Positions 34,833 through 46,021 of a stretch of 64,000 bases of DNA are shown here, one piece after another. A model generated the notes under the pieces. It worked only from the letters and a program-made list of their open reading frames with translations, made no database searches and was not told the origin of the DNA. A program made the position numbers and the translations under genes. Numbering within the stretch: position 1 is the first letter of the stretch; each line of letters starts with the position of its first letter. Source of the stretch: Schizosaccharomyces osmophilus (lineage: Eukaryota); NCBI RefSeq assembly GCF_027921745.1, contig NC_079239.1, positions 2,604,001 through 2,668,000 on the forward strand, in the 5' to 3' direction.

Positions 34833-35919
34833 ATGAAAAACAAATATACTCCTATTTCAGATTCTGATGACTCTTCCAAAACGCTCAATGATGAAAAGGT
34901 AGATAGTCAGTCGTTTCCTTCTGATGGTACGCCTCCTCCGTATTCAGGTAAGATTAGTTGAAATGGAAAGGAAAGGTTTATTCTTTGTGTTCTTGTTTGA
35001 ACGGCTCATGATGGAAGAATTATGCTTGTTTATTTGATTGTTGGGTTTGAATTCAATCACCTGGTCGATAACTGTCAACAAACAGGGCGAATACCTCTAT
35101 CCTTTTCACAAACAACGAAAGAACAGTTACTAATGCATCCATTAGCTTCAACCAAATTTATTGATCTCGAAATGGCTCCTGAAACAGAAGAAAGTTCTAA
35201 AAAGAAAAGATATCTGACGCCTCGTGAATTAGCAATTGTTTTTGCTATTTTTATTGTATATAATGTATGCTTGATTATTGCGAGGGTCATTCTTCTTGTT
35301 TATGAGATTCCGTTTAATCAGCTTGCCGTTTGGGTACTTTTTGGCGTTTGGTGCGCTCTATTTCTGTCATTGACAATTGGTAAGAAACTAATTTCAGGAT
35401 TTTTAATGACTCACTAACTATTAGTAATAACTCAAATGCCTAAAGAATGGTTCACGCAAGCTGGAAGAGCAACCAAAAACGTATTGTCAGCTATGTGTAT
35501 CTCAGTATTATGTGTGTGTTTTCTCGATGTCCTCGGTTTCACCGCGTATTATGCTGCAAAGAAGTTCACAGGATTTGAAAAGATAAACAATAATTTTTTC
35601 TATTTTGTTTGTTTTGTTAACGTTGTCTTGTTTCTTTTATTGACGAGTATGTCATACAACCTGTGAACTATTCTAACTGTTCTAGTGAATGCAAATGCGC
35701 GTGAACTATTAAGATTAGTTCTCGTCGATCTGAGAAACGGAATAGGAAACGGCATAGGAAACGCTGTGGATCGTATTTTAGGTATGTACACTTCGTAAAT
35801 GCTTGCTATCGTTAGGGCTTTAATTAACCTATTTTAAAGATACAAATCGAGGAGAGCAAGTACCTCAGAACGAAGAAATCGAACTTCAGCCTCTTGCTGA
35901 GCAAAGCGCTGAAGTTTGA
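34833..35919 (+). CDS. wtf: Intact wtf meiotic driver candidate, 5 exons (34833-34947, 35146-35379, 35425-35646, 35686-35781, 35840-35919); 248-aa antidote and 201-aa poison from ATG 35172
   Basis: All four introns splice in frame with no stop. MKNKYTPI...PPPYS, IDLEM, multiple TM helices, NGIG/IGN repeats in exon 4, C-terminal EEIELQPLAEQSAEV*. Confidence 0.9.
35074..35084 (+). promoter_or_regulatory. FLEX-like forkhead site GTCAACAAACA in wtf intron 1 (putative poison-transcript promoter)
   Basis: One mismatch to GTAAACAAACA, about 90 bp upstream of the exon-2 ATG; also TGTTTAT near 35026. Confidence 0.55.
35734..35763 (+). repeat. 12-bp coding tandem repeat (GAAACGGMATAG x2.5; NGIG-NGIG-NA) in wtf exon 4
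   Basis: gaaacggaatag gaaacggcatag gaaacg. Confidence 0.85.
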
Positions 35920-36659
35920 GTTTGAGTTATACCGAACCTGCTTTCATTCTTTATATTTCGCATCTTCTTTGGAAGCATCCATGTCAATTGCAGTCCATCA
36001 AGTTTCTGCATTCGCATCCACCAAAGTAAGCATTATCTTAATATGATAGCTTTAATTGCTTTTCTTATTCGCTCTTTCATGAATCTGTTGATTCGTTTCA
36101 CAGCATCGCTGTTTACGCATTGTTCATCTTCTTCGTGAATAGAACACCCTTTTTAATGATTATTTAATTATTCCGACGAAAACTCCATCGCAATTAATTA
36201 TTGTTTAGCTCAACACCGAGTCGTGTAATTGCATGTCTTATAATTGGCAAGGACGAAAGTGAGTTTCAACAGTAATTATTTTCATTCAGTATAGTAAGCA
36301 CAAATCTTCAGATCGAAAGATTCGACAGGTGTAGTTTAATTAATTAAATTATCGTTTATTTAGAGAGTCAAGTCAACGGACCATGAAAAATGTATAAGTA
36401 GAACCGATTTATATTAAGTAACATTTTCAACCCATAAACTCAAACACTCAATCTCATGCTTCTGCGACCACAATGTGAATCAATAGAAAAGAGAAAACTG
36501 CGTGTTTTCAAATCTTATTCTTATAATATGAAAGCATTCACCATTTAGCCGTGAAAAATACCAGATAGAACTGAGTTGAATTGGATCTTGTAGTTCATCA
36601 AGCCAAATAAAAGACTGGATTATTTTTGTAATAAATTATCTTTACAGACCATGACAAAC

Positions 36660-36778
36660 GTCTACGGCCACACCTAGGCGAAAACACCAGTTCCCGTCCG
36701 ATCACTGCAGTTAAGCGTCTGAGGGCCTCGTTAGTACTATGGTTGGAGACAACATGGGAATCCGGGGTGCTGTAGGCT
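36660..36778 (+). rRNA. 5S rRNA gene
   Basis: 119-nt 5S sequence, direct repeat of 32620-32738 at 4040 bp spacing. Confidence 0.97.
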
Positions 36779-37225
36779 CCTACATTCTTAAATTTACTTT
36801 TTTGCTTCTCTTTTCTGTTGCTGACGTTGGCTATTCACTTCACTTGACAAGATTGTACTAGCGTTTCTCTGTGTTTGCTGGACATGCAACTGACTTTTTT
36901 CATTTTGTTTACATTTCACTGATGATCAAACCGCCGTTATTACAATAGTTATTACAAAGGAGCACTGTACGTTTATATTAGAAGAGCTTACCCATATACA
37001 TAAACTTAAAGAATTGTCGCAATAATACTTTTGTAAACAAACCATTTGAAACACACTGGTTATCATTCCATCCTTCAGCTAGAAGCATTCCTGCTAGCCA
37101 AAGATAGCTGTCAGTTTACTGTTGATTAGATCTGACGAAATAGGGTTGTTGTTTAACTATTTCAATTCGTAAACCAGGCTTATGAATTTAGCAGTTGAGT
37201 GTCATGCAGAAACGTTTCGAGTAGA

Positions 37226-37340
37226 ATTTTTATTTATTTGCTTATTTATTTTTCTTTTATTTATCCTTTATTTTTTTATTTTTATTTTTATTTTTATTTA
37301 TTTATTTATTTTTATTTTCTATTTCTATTTTTTTTTGTTT
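37226..37340. repeat. T-rich low-complexity tract (TTTATT/TTTA-like)
   Basis: About 110 bp of imperfect TTTTA/TTTA units. Confidence 0.8.
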
Positions 37341-38049
37341 GCAGATATTACCCATATTATCTAGAGCATAGTTCGAAAAAAGAAACCATTCGTTCTTTTT
37401 ATAATCACCTGGATATATTCCTTAAATTCTCTTTTCTTGTTGTTGATTTCTATTCTACGTCTCACCACACTTTTTCCATCACAGACGAGTCTGATTCTAA
37501 TGGACACCCAAGTGGGTAGACAGATACCCCAATGGGTAGGCATCGGCGAGTCGTCGTCGAATGCTGGTATCCATTCTCGTTCTCGTTTTCGTTTTTTTTC
37601 TTTTTTTTTTTTTTTCTTTTTATCAATTTATGTTTCATTAATTCTCTCCTCAATACTTCCACTCAACGCCCTGCCCTGCCCTGCCCTTTGACCTTTCTAC
37701 TCCGTGCCCTCCACCTCACCTCAACCTTCCTTTCAACTTGCGTCCACCACTTCGATCTCCTACCCCCACCAGTCTTTCCCTAGAATCCCCCACTCAATCA
37801 TTCATACCATTCGACTTGGATCTTGTTACCTAATCGATGACCCCCACGCGGCCTTTTTGCTTCCACTTTTCGATACTTCTTCGCTACTTGTTCCTCAATT
37901 GCCTGGTTCTGGACCGAAATCAAACCCTAAACAAACGAACCTTTATCTTTTATTGGATGCCTTACCCTTCCTCTGTTTCTTACTCTGTTGGAAAATACCC
38001 CTCTTTCCATGAACCCCTCTTCTAAATATTTTCCGGCAATGAAAAAGTC

Positions 38050-38070
38050 ATGACGTAAGGAGTATAAATA
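38050..38070 (+). promoter_or_regulatory. ATGACGT (M26/CRE, Atf1-Pcr1) immediately followed by TATAAATA
   Basis: ATGACGT at 38050-38056, TATAAATA at 38063-38070, CCCCTC motifs at 37998 and 38014. Confidence 0.55.
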
Positions 38071-38638
38071 AACTAGTAGCCATTGCCGCTTTTTCGCCTT
38101 TCCATTTCATACCTGTTTGCTTTTTTATTTTGGGCTCTCACATAGAACCGTGATTCTTTCTGCAGGTTCTACTCGTTTTCGCATGTACAAAAAGCCAGAC
38201 GCTGAATTGCCAATTTACTGACATTTCCTCTCCAGGAAAAGTAGTTCTGCTTTTCTCCTGCTTCTTTCCAACGAGAAGAAACGAAAAAAAAAAGGAAATA
38301 CATTTCTTTGGGTTGCTTGGGGTTTTCTACAGAACTGGGTTCGGCCAGGGAAAAAAAAAATTCTTTATTTATTCATCTTTCTTCTTTTTTCTTTTTTGGC
38401 GTGCATTAGTTGCTTGCTAGATTTAATTTAATTTAGTTAAATCAACATCAACTTGACTTTCTAATACAGGGCTACTGTCAAATACCGGGCTGGTTTCCCT
38501 ACTGGATTTTTCAGACGAACGAACGAACGAACAAAAGAGACCAGACGCGTGTGTGTGCCCGTGTGTCTCGCTGTGAGTGATATCGTTTCTACATACATTT
38601 AACGGAAAACACAACTTTTTCCTTTCCCCGTAAACCTC

Positions 38639-38643
<5 letters not shown>

Positions 38644-38691
<48 letters not shown>
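38644..38691. repeat. (CT)24 microsatellite; (CTCCT)n tract at ~38818-38845
   Basis: Perfect dinucleotide run upstream of gpa2. Confidence 0.95.
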
Positions 38692-38693
<2 letters not shown>

Positions 38694-38862
38694 TTATCTC
38701 ACTCTCTTTCTCTTTTAACCTGTACATCTTTTCCATTTGCATTTGGATCGCTGTAAGGTTCAAGTTCCAAGAAAGGAGATTAAAACCCTTCCTTTTTTTT
38801 GCTTTCTCTTCTCTTCTCTCCTCTCCTCTCCTCTCCTCTCCTCTCTTGCAAGGTCGATCAAC

Positions 38863-40194
38863 ATGGTCATGATTGGTACTCTGTCCACGGACGGAGATTC
38901 ACGAAAAGTCAGTCATAAGATTGAAAAACAAATTGAGGCTCAACATTTAAAAAATCGCAAAACATACAAAATTCTGTTATTAGGTAAGTCCAACAAACAA
39001 ATCTCCCCTTTCAGCCAGTCTATGCAAACTCGCCTCAGCGTCGTCTTCCCATAGCGCTTACAGATGTGGTATGGAATGTTGAATACAAGCAACATCAACG
39101 ATCCTTCCATCCAATGTTTGCAATTGCGAAATCGGAGATGGAATGGTTTGTAAGGATTGTTTTTGTTTTCCCCCTCTCCATACCACTCGCTGACCTGGGT
39201 GAAAATCGCTTTCTGGGTTGATCATATGAATTTGTCACTAACCCGAATAGGTGCTTCTGATAGCGGAAAAAGTACTGTAAGCAAACAAATTAAAATTTTA
39301 AACGCAAATGGTTTTAACCAGGAAGAAATCATGTCATTTATTCCTGTTGTCCGGCGGAATTTACTGGATTCGGCAAAAATGCTCATGAGGTTCGTTGGGA
39401 ACGAAGAGGTTCCCTTAGATCCATTAAACATTCATAATTGTGAAATCGTTGAACGATTTATTCCCAATCCCGGTGAGCTTGTCTCTACGGTTTTCGGAAA
39501 AGCCATTTTCGACCTATGGTCCGTCAGCAATATCCGAAGGTGCATGTATAGAAACGATTCTGTTCTTATTGATTCTGCTCCTTACTTCTTTCAACGTGCA
39601 AATGACATCTGTAGTCCAGACTACGTACCGTCCATCGATGACATTTTGCATTCCCGAAATTCCACAATGGGGATCTCTGAAATTTCTTTTTCCTTAAACC
39701 ATTTACAAATCCGTATGTTCGACGTCGGTGGACAACGGACCGAGCGGAGGAAATGGATTTACTGCTTTGAAAACGTCAATTCTATTATTTTTTGTGTTTC
39801 CCTCAATGATTTCGATAAAAAGCTCTATGAACGAAATGTCGCTGACCGGAACCGGTTGCTTGAAAGTGTTGCTCTTTTTGATTCCATTATCAATAGCCAA
39901 TGGTTTGTTGAGTCTTCCATCATTCTCTTTTTAAATAAGTTTGATTTGTTTCGAAAAAAGTTGGAATATGTTTCATTTACCGACCATTTCCCTCAATACT
40001 CTGGCAAAACCAATGTGAAAGGCGTTACAAAGTTTATTCTTTGGATGTTTGTGAATCCCAGCGTCAACCGACTTAGGCATAATATTTACCCTCACATAAC
40101 TACTGCCGTTGACACTTCCAATATTAAAGTTGTTTTTGCTGCTGTAACAGAAACAATTTTACAACATAGCTTGAAGGAAGTCGGAATGTTCTAG
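38863..40194 (+). CDS. gpa2: Heterotrimeric G protein alpha subunit (glucose/cAMP), 2 exons (38863-38983, 39251-40194), 354 aa
   Basis: KILLLG|ASDSGKST, DVGGQRTERRKW, FLNKFD, TTAVDT; 267-nt intron restores frame. Confidence 0.95.
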
Positions 40195-41383
40195 TCGTTT
40201 TTTCTTTTTCTTTTTATTCCTTATTCCGTACCTACGTGCACAATGGTTCCCCGTTTACATTGTCAAATGACCCCTTTTTTCATTTTTTTCCTAAAAAAAT
40301 CAAAAAAAGAAACCCATTTTTGTTTTCACATCTTTATCTAAATGGATCCATTGATCGCTTTGCAAGTGTTTGGTTGTATGGATTCATTCCCATGCATGAA
40401 ACGGTCTGGTATGTACGTTGGATATAAGCAAGCCTACAAAGGACTTGAGAGTGAAGATTTTATGGATCAGATATATAAAATTGAACGTCCATATTATTTG
40501 AACAAAATTGCATTCGCTTCAACTTGTGTTTTTCCCAATCTTTATCCAAATAGTTTGTGGTTTCTTCTGCTTATTTGCTTCTTTTGTACATACTCATATG
40601 TATATACATATACACATAAATATTTTTGTGTATTCTTTTTCTTTTTTCCTTAGCTTTCTCCTTAACGTTTTACGGACCTTTATAATGAAGCAGAAGAGAC
40701 AAACAGGATAAAGAGTACTCATAGGGATAAATTGTTTTTATCGTCAATTTTTTTCCCTAGAAAGGATAATCTTTTGCTAATAATGCCTTCTAATGTCGCA
40801 TAATTCCTCGTAATAGCAGTTTGGCATCTCCATATTATTACAATATATGAAAAATGCCTTCAACATTCCTTTTTACAAGGTATTCTCCTCGTATCAATGA
40901 ATGATTACGCCCGAGTGTTCTCTGTTCCTTAGTCTATTGTAATGAAAAACCCAGCAACTGATATTATAAAATATAGTGCTGAAATAAAAGAATAAAATTT
41001 ACTTTGCTTATACTTGATGTTTATTCTTATGATGCTTCTATTTCTTTTTAGGTTGTTCGTATAAAACTGTAGATCCAGTAACGTTCTATAGTCTTGTCTA
41101 TTGTGTTCAAGGGAAAAAAAAAAAAAAAAAAGAAAAAAAAGAAAAAAGAAAGTCAATTTTTAAATAAAAGCTTCTTGTAAGGTATATTTTCGTATCTATG
41201 TAGCAACGACTTTATCTGCAATGGTGTCTACTAAAGTACTATTCACGGTATGATGACATGGATTTTAGAACATTGAACATACCCTCATCTTTATCCTTTC
41301 AGACAGTAAAACGATACTATTAAACACAGAGGTACTTTTCTTTGAAAGTAGTACTTTTATAGAAAAAAAGAGAAAAAGCATCG

Positions 41384-42061
41384 ATGAAGATTATTGCACT
41401 TCCCTTACCCAAGCAAAGGGTTTTTCTGCATTGCTATCCATCAGAAATCCTTTTGAAAAAGGTTACGATCCATGATAGAATAATAAATCGTATCTACAAT
41501 ACTTGGGATGCTTGGAGCAAGTCTAAAAGCTACATTAGGCAAAAGACAGTTTCTTTAGGAAACAGCGTGTTACATCGAACTTCCCATGAGGAAAGCTTTT
41601 TAAGATCATTATCATCGGCTAAAAAGCTCAACGACAAGGAATTCTATTCTTCGACTGTCATAGAGCGACCCGATTCCTTAGAACCTAACAGGATATTCCA
41701 AGAACTCATTCGACTACAAGAAATGAAACGGTTGCACCGAAATAATCTAATTGCTAACATTGTAGGACTTCCTCTAACTATACCATTTATCCTAGTTCCC
41801 ATCGTTCCAAATGTCCCAGGATTTTATTTATGTTACCGAGCATATTGCAACTATAGAGCCTTGATTGGGGCTTCACAAATTACTCGTCTACTTGACAATA
41901 AAGAGCTTCAAATTCAAAGTAATGAAAAAATCGAATTGGCGTATCGTTCCTATTTAGATGGTGATCACCACAAATTAAACGAGGCTGTTGGACACCAAGA
42001 ATTTAGTGATCGATATGAAAGAGCTATTGAGCAAGAACTAAAGTCTTCTAAAAATCAATAA
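41384..42061 (+). CDS. Conserved fungal protein (mitochondrial K+/H+ exchange-related family, SPAC23H3.12c-like)
   Basis: PLTIPFILVPIVPNVPGFYLCYRAY motif; synteny. Confidence 0.7.
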   Translation: MKIIALPLPKQRVFLHCYPSEILLKKVTIHDRIINRIYNTWDAWSKSKSYIRQKTVSLGNSVLHRTSHEESFLRSLSSAKKLNDKEFYSSTVIERPDSLEPNRIFQELIRLQEMKRLHRNNLIANIVGLPLTIPFILVPIVPNVPGFYLCYRAYCNYRALIGASQITRLLDNKELQIQSNEKIELAYRSYLDGDHHKLNEAVGHQEFSDRYERAIEQELKSSKNQ

Positions 42062-42477
42062 GCTTCTTTGATCATCGATCTCTTTGTGATGAAATGTTAA
42101 TGACTGAAAAAAGACCGAAAATGACTTAATTCGAATGCAATGCCTTTGGTTTCATTCTCACTGCCACTGAACTTATGACACATCTATGAGTAAAGAATAG
42201 TCTCAGGATTATGAAAACCCCCATGAACATCGAAATGCTTCATTTACCATTACCTCGTTTACTTCACGGAGCTGGGTGAAGAACTTCATACGTTCTTCAA
42301 TATTAAAAAAAAAACCCCATTCTATGGTATTGTTCAATTCAGGAATTTATTCTTCGTCAATAGCTTAAGCTCTGTTCTTTCTTTTCCTGTAGTCGGTTGA
42401 CCCGCCAGCTTGCATACTTTTTCGTTCGTTTAAATTCAGTAGTTTCTTTTTCTTTATTATTCAATCCTTCTTTTAAA

Positions 42478-44361
42478 ATGAACTTCGATCCAGCAAAGCT
42501 GCCTAAAGAACCTGACAGTGTATACATTAGTCCCATTTGGTTAAATCACTCTGATCATTCTTCTAACTCTGGGTCATCATCGTTCAACATTTCCGAGCGT
42601 ACCTCTACTTCTTCAAATATTTCCCCTCTTCCCAATACAAATAGCTTTCTTCATTCCGAAGAAACACCTATTACTAACGAAGCTCTTTCACACTCCCTCC
42701 TTCATCAAGAGGAATTGAGCAGGTATCCTTCCTTCTTTTGCAATCCTAATAATGGCATTAACTCCTCTGCAAGTAGCAGAGAAGGATTTAAAGGTTCAGA
42801 TTATGCTCAAAGTATCATTAATCCGTCCTTGTTCGGGCACTTTGATGCTAATTGGATTTACCGGTGCAAAGAGGAGGATGATGATATTCATAATCCAAAT
42901 TTTTCCGTCCTCAGTGTTGATCAATATAAGAAGTCTTTGGGTTGGTCTCGCTGGGGGGATATTATATCGCTTCTTCTTTTATTACTTGGTTTCATTTTGC
43001 TTTTCATAATCTTCCCAGCGTTGACCTACACTGGAAATGTTTCTCCTAAAAAGGAACATAACCCTGCTATGGCTGAGCAAGTTACTGATCATCTATTTGG
43101 TCTTTTGCGTTTTCCTCGAACTGACCTGGTGGATCCTGACACTCCAGATTCTGCGCTAACCAAGGTTGGTGTAAATGGAAAAAACTACAAACTGATGTTT
43201 TCTGATGAATTCAATAAACCAGGTAGGAGTTTCTATCCTGGAGATGACCAGTTCTGGGAGGCGTCGGATTTACATTATGCTGCAACTAATGACTTGGAGT
43301 GGTATGATCCAGATGCAATAACTACTGTCAATGGTACATTGGATATTAAACTAGAATCTTTTGCAAATCATAATTTGAATTTTCGATCCGGCATGTTGCA
43401 ATCATGGAACAAGCTTTGTTGGAAGGGCGGCATCATAGAGATTTCTGCTTCACTTGGAGGCTCTGGTGAGCACGCTGGCTTATGGCCCGGTCTGTGGACA
43501 ATTGGTAACCTCGCTCGTCCTGGTTATATGGCCACGACAGAAGGAGTATGGCCTTATTCTTATTCCCAGTGTGACGCTGGAATAACACCAAATCAGTCAT
43601 CTTGGGATGGCATATCGTATTTACCCGGACAAAAATTGTCTAGCTGCACATGCGATGGTGAAGATCATCCTAGCCTTGGCGTTGGCCGTGGCGCACCAGA
43701 GATCGATGCGCTTGAAGGATCTACTGAAAAGCTTAACCCGGATGATGAGCTTGACGTTGGGTCCGCTTCCCAATCTAGTCAGTTTGCTCCATTTGATCTG
43801 TTCTATCTTCCAAATTATGATTATTTGGTAATCCACAATCAAAGCGTAACCCACATGAATTCTTATGTGGGTGGTCCGTTTCAGCAAGCATTATCCGGAA
43901 TAACTATTTTAAACAATAGTTGGTATGAACGGAGGGCTTTCCAAACTTATGGTTTTGACTATAAGCCAGGTGAAGCCGATGGATATGTATCATGGTTTGT
44001 AGGTCCCAATCACACTTGGACAATGCTTGGAGCAGCTGTTGGTCCTAACGGTAACGTCGGGGCCCGACAAATAAGCGAGGAACCCATGTCCATCGTATTT
44101 AATTTGGGTATCTCAAATAATTGGGCTTATTACTACTTCCGGGATTTGCATATGCCAGCCACCATGTCGATTGATTTCATCCGTATTTATCAGGACCCTG
44201 AAGATGACAATATGCACATTGGATGTGATCCACCTGGGTATCCTACAACTGAGTATATTGCAAACCATCCTATTGCTTATAAAAACGCGAACAAAACGAG
44301 CTGGGAAATGACTGGATACGAATGGCCAAAGAATAGTTTAATGCATGGTTGTAGTGTTTAA
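42478..44361 (+). CDS. Kre6/Skn1-family GH16 beta-glucan synthesis-associated glucosidase
   Basis: Type [40 protein letters not shown] at 42478. Confidence 0.9.
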   Translation: MNFDPAKLPKEPDSVYISPIWLNHSDHSSNSGSSSFNISERTSTSSNISPLPNTNSFLHSEETPITNEALSHSLLHQEELSRYPSFFCNPNNGINSSASSREGFKGSDYAQSIINPSLFGHFDANWIYRCKEEDDDIHNPNFSVLSVDQYKKSLGWSRWGDIISLLLLLLGFILLFIIFPALTYTGNVSPKKEHNPAMAEQVTDHLFGLLRFPRTDLVDPDTPDSALTKVGVNGKNYKLMFSDEFNKPGRSFYPGDDQFWEASDLHYAATNDLEWYDPDAITTVNGTLDIKLESFANHNLNFRSGMLQSWNKLCWKGGIIEISASLGGSGEHAGLWPGLWTIGNLARPGYMATTEGVWPYSYSQCDAGITPNQSSWDGISYLPGQKLSSCTCDGEDHPSLGVGRGAPEIDALEGSTEKLNPDDELDVGSASQSSQFAPFDLFYLPNYDYLVIHNQSVTHMNSYVGGPFQQALSGITILNNSWYERRAFQTYGFDYKPGEADGYVSWFVGPNHTWTMLGAAVGPNGNVGARQISEEPMSIVFNLGISNNWAYYYFRDLHMPATMSIDFIRIYQDPEDDNMHIGCDPPGYPTTEYIANHPIAYKNANKTSWEMTGYEWPKNSLMHGCSV

Positions 44362-44491
44362 TTTTAATGAAAACTTCTTGAACGATTAAGAATTCTAGAT
44401 ACCTTTCTATTGTAAGAAAACCAAACAAGGGCTCAGCATGATTATGTTTCCATTAAAGCTTACTTGAACATTAAACAAGATAACAATATAA

Positions 44492-46021
44492 CTACAAAGA
44501 AATGGCATGATACTTTTCAAAATTTTCAGCACTTAGTGGAGAAATCATTCCGGTCTCTGGCAATTCAAAGGTAAGCGACACTTCTGTATGTTCGGTATTC
44601 ATCATATCGTCTAAAATCCTCAAACCTTCTTCTCCGCCAAGATTAAGAGCACCTTTTAATTGTGAGTCGAATTCTAAGAGCATCCTCTTGGTTGAAAGGC
44701 GCTCAAGGATGAGTTTCTTGGCACGGACGTCTAATTCAGAAAGCTCCAAAGAACAGAATTTTTCCAGTTCTTCTAAAACCTTCATTTTTATTTCAACTTT
44801 TTCAAGCTGAGATTGAATAAGAAGAAAAACTAGACGACGTAAATGTCTGCGTTCACAAGAGGATATTATCCTTGATTTCTCAGCTGCAGCATTTATCGCG
44901 GCACGTGCGGCAGTCTCTAGAGCATTTGATGAAGGTGAATCCATTTTCTTATCTTTCTTTTCAGGACTTTCAGAATGCTTCTCAGTTGGGAATTTTGCAG
45001 AGGGATTTGAATTGGTTTGCTGTTGGATGATAGAGGCTAAGAATGTCAAGGTACTCAACACGGGATTCTCAGTTTCTCTGAAAGGTAGAAATCCTTGCTG
45101 AAAAGGGCCATAATCATCCTGTTGAACCTTCTTATAAGGGTCTTCAATTGGTAATTGTAAGAAATGCACTAGACATTGTTCTTTTGTACGTGTACCGACA
45201 TGGAGAGAAATTTGATTCCAATCATCATCGTATTCTTCAATTCCTTCTAGTAATAATAGGGTTTCCTGCTCAGTCCACGGGGCATCTCGATCATGAGCAA
45301 ACGTAACGCCTTCCATAAACAAAAAGTCAGAAGAAGTATAAGAGCTTGCGAAACGGCCTTGGTGGTAGCAATGAGGACAGATGGTATATTCTTTATTTTT
45401 GAGATTATGGTACCATGCTTGCGAGCAATCAACACCGCAAGAGTAGCAGGTCTTGTGAGGAAGCAAAGAGGATGGTGGATCCTTCTCCGGAGTATCATCT
45501 TTTACTTTGAGTTTTTCTTCTTTTGGGTCATATTCGCGTTCTTCCACTTTTAAGAACTTGGGTGTAGGGGTTTCGTTTTCGTTTTTGATCGGTGCATGTT
45601 GAGAAAGTATTTCCTGGGTCAGGATGGGAGTGTTGTTGATCGCTTGCACATGACCAGAGACTGGAGGAAGTCGAAAGGGGGGTCTTGTCTCTGGATCCAC
45701 CTGGTAATTAATGAGACCCCATTGCTCTAAAAATGCATGCACACGAATAATGGCACATACGTCACCAACTAAGTTTCGGCGACAAGCAGTAACAGTTAGG
45801 TATTCAGTGGGTTCCAAGCGATAAGTGTTGATCATAAAATCTCTATATTCTTTGTAAACACTTGGGGACTTTAGAGGAGATTTTCCATTAAAAAACTCTG
45901 GGTTCGACTTTCGTTCAATATCATGAATTTTAGACATATCAAACCACCCTGCATACGAAGGCACAATAATGGGATGCATTTGCTCCACGATAAACGGAGC
46001 TGGGACGGTTTCTAAGGACAT
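44492..46021 (-). CDS. ssr2: SWI/SNF-RSC subunit (SWIRM, ZZ, SANT)
   Basis: IIVPSYAGWF, CRRNLVGDVCAIIRVHAFLEQWGLINYQ, WTEQETLLLLE; synteny. Confidence 0.88.
   Translation of the reverse strand: MSLETVPAPFIVEQMHPIIVPSYAGWFDMSKIHDIERKSNPEFFNGKSPLKSPSVYKEYRDFMINTYRLEPTEYLTVTACRRNLVGDVCAIIRVHAFLEQWGLINYQVDPETRPPFRLPPVSGHVQAINNTPILTQEILSQHAPIKNENETPTPKFLKVEEREYDPKEEKLKVKDDTPEKDPPSSLLPHKTCYSCGVDCSQAWYHNLKNKEYTICPHCYHQGRFASSYTSSDFLFMEGVTFAHDRDAPWTEQETLLLLEGIEEYDDDWNQISLHVGTRTKEQCLVHFLQLPIEDPYKKVQQDDYGPFQQGFLPFRETENPVLSTLTFLASIIQQQTNSNPSAKFPTEKHSESPEKKDKKMDSPSSNALETAARAAINAAAEKSRIISSCERRHLRRLVFLLIQSQLEKVEIKMKVLEELEKFCSLELSELDVRAKKLILERLSTKRMLLEFDSQLKGALNLGGEEGLRILDDMMNTEHTEVSLTFELPETGMISPLSAENFEKYHAISL

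Noticed and set aside
35022..35666. Track ORFs 35022-35417 and 35436-35666 as separate genes
   Set aside because: They are exons 2 and 3 of the wtf gene read through intron sequence.
30150..37200. LTR or retrotransposon remnants around the wtf genes, as in S. pombe
   Set aside because: No TG...CA LTR-like repeat or gag/pol fragment was recognisable by eye; the association here is with 5S.
37182..38025. Several 60-106 aa Phe/Ile-rich ORFs
   Set aside because: Products of T-rich low-complexity sequence; no coding signal.
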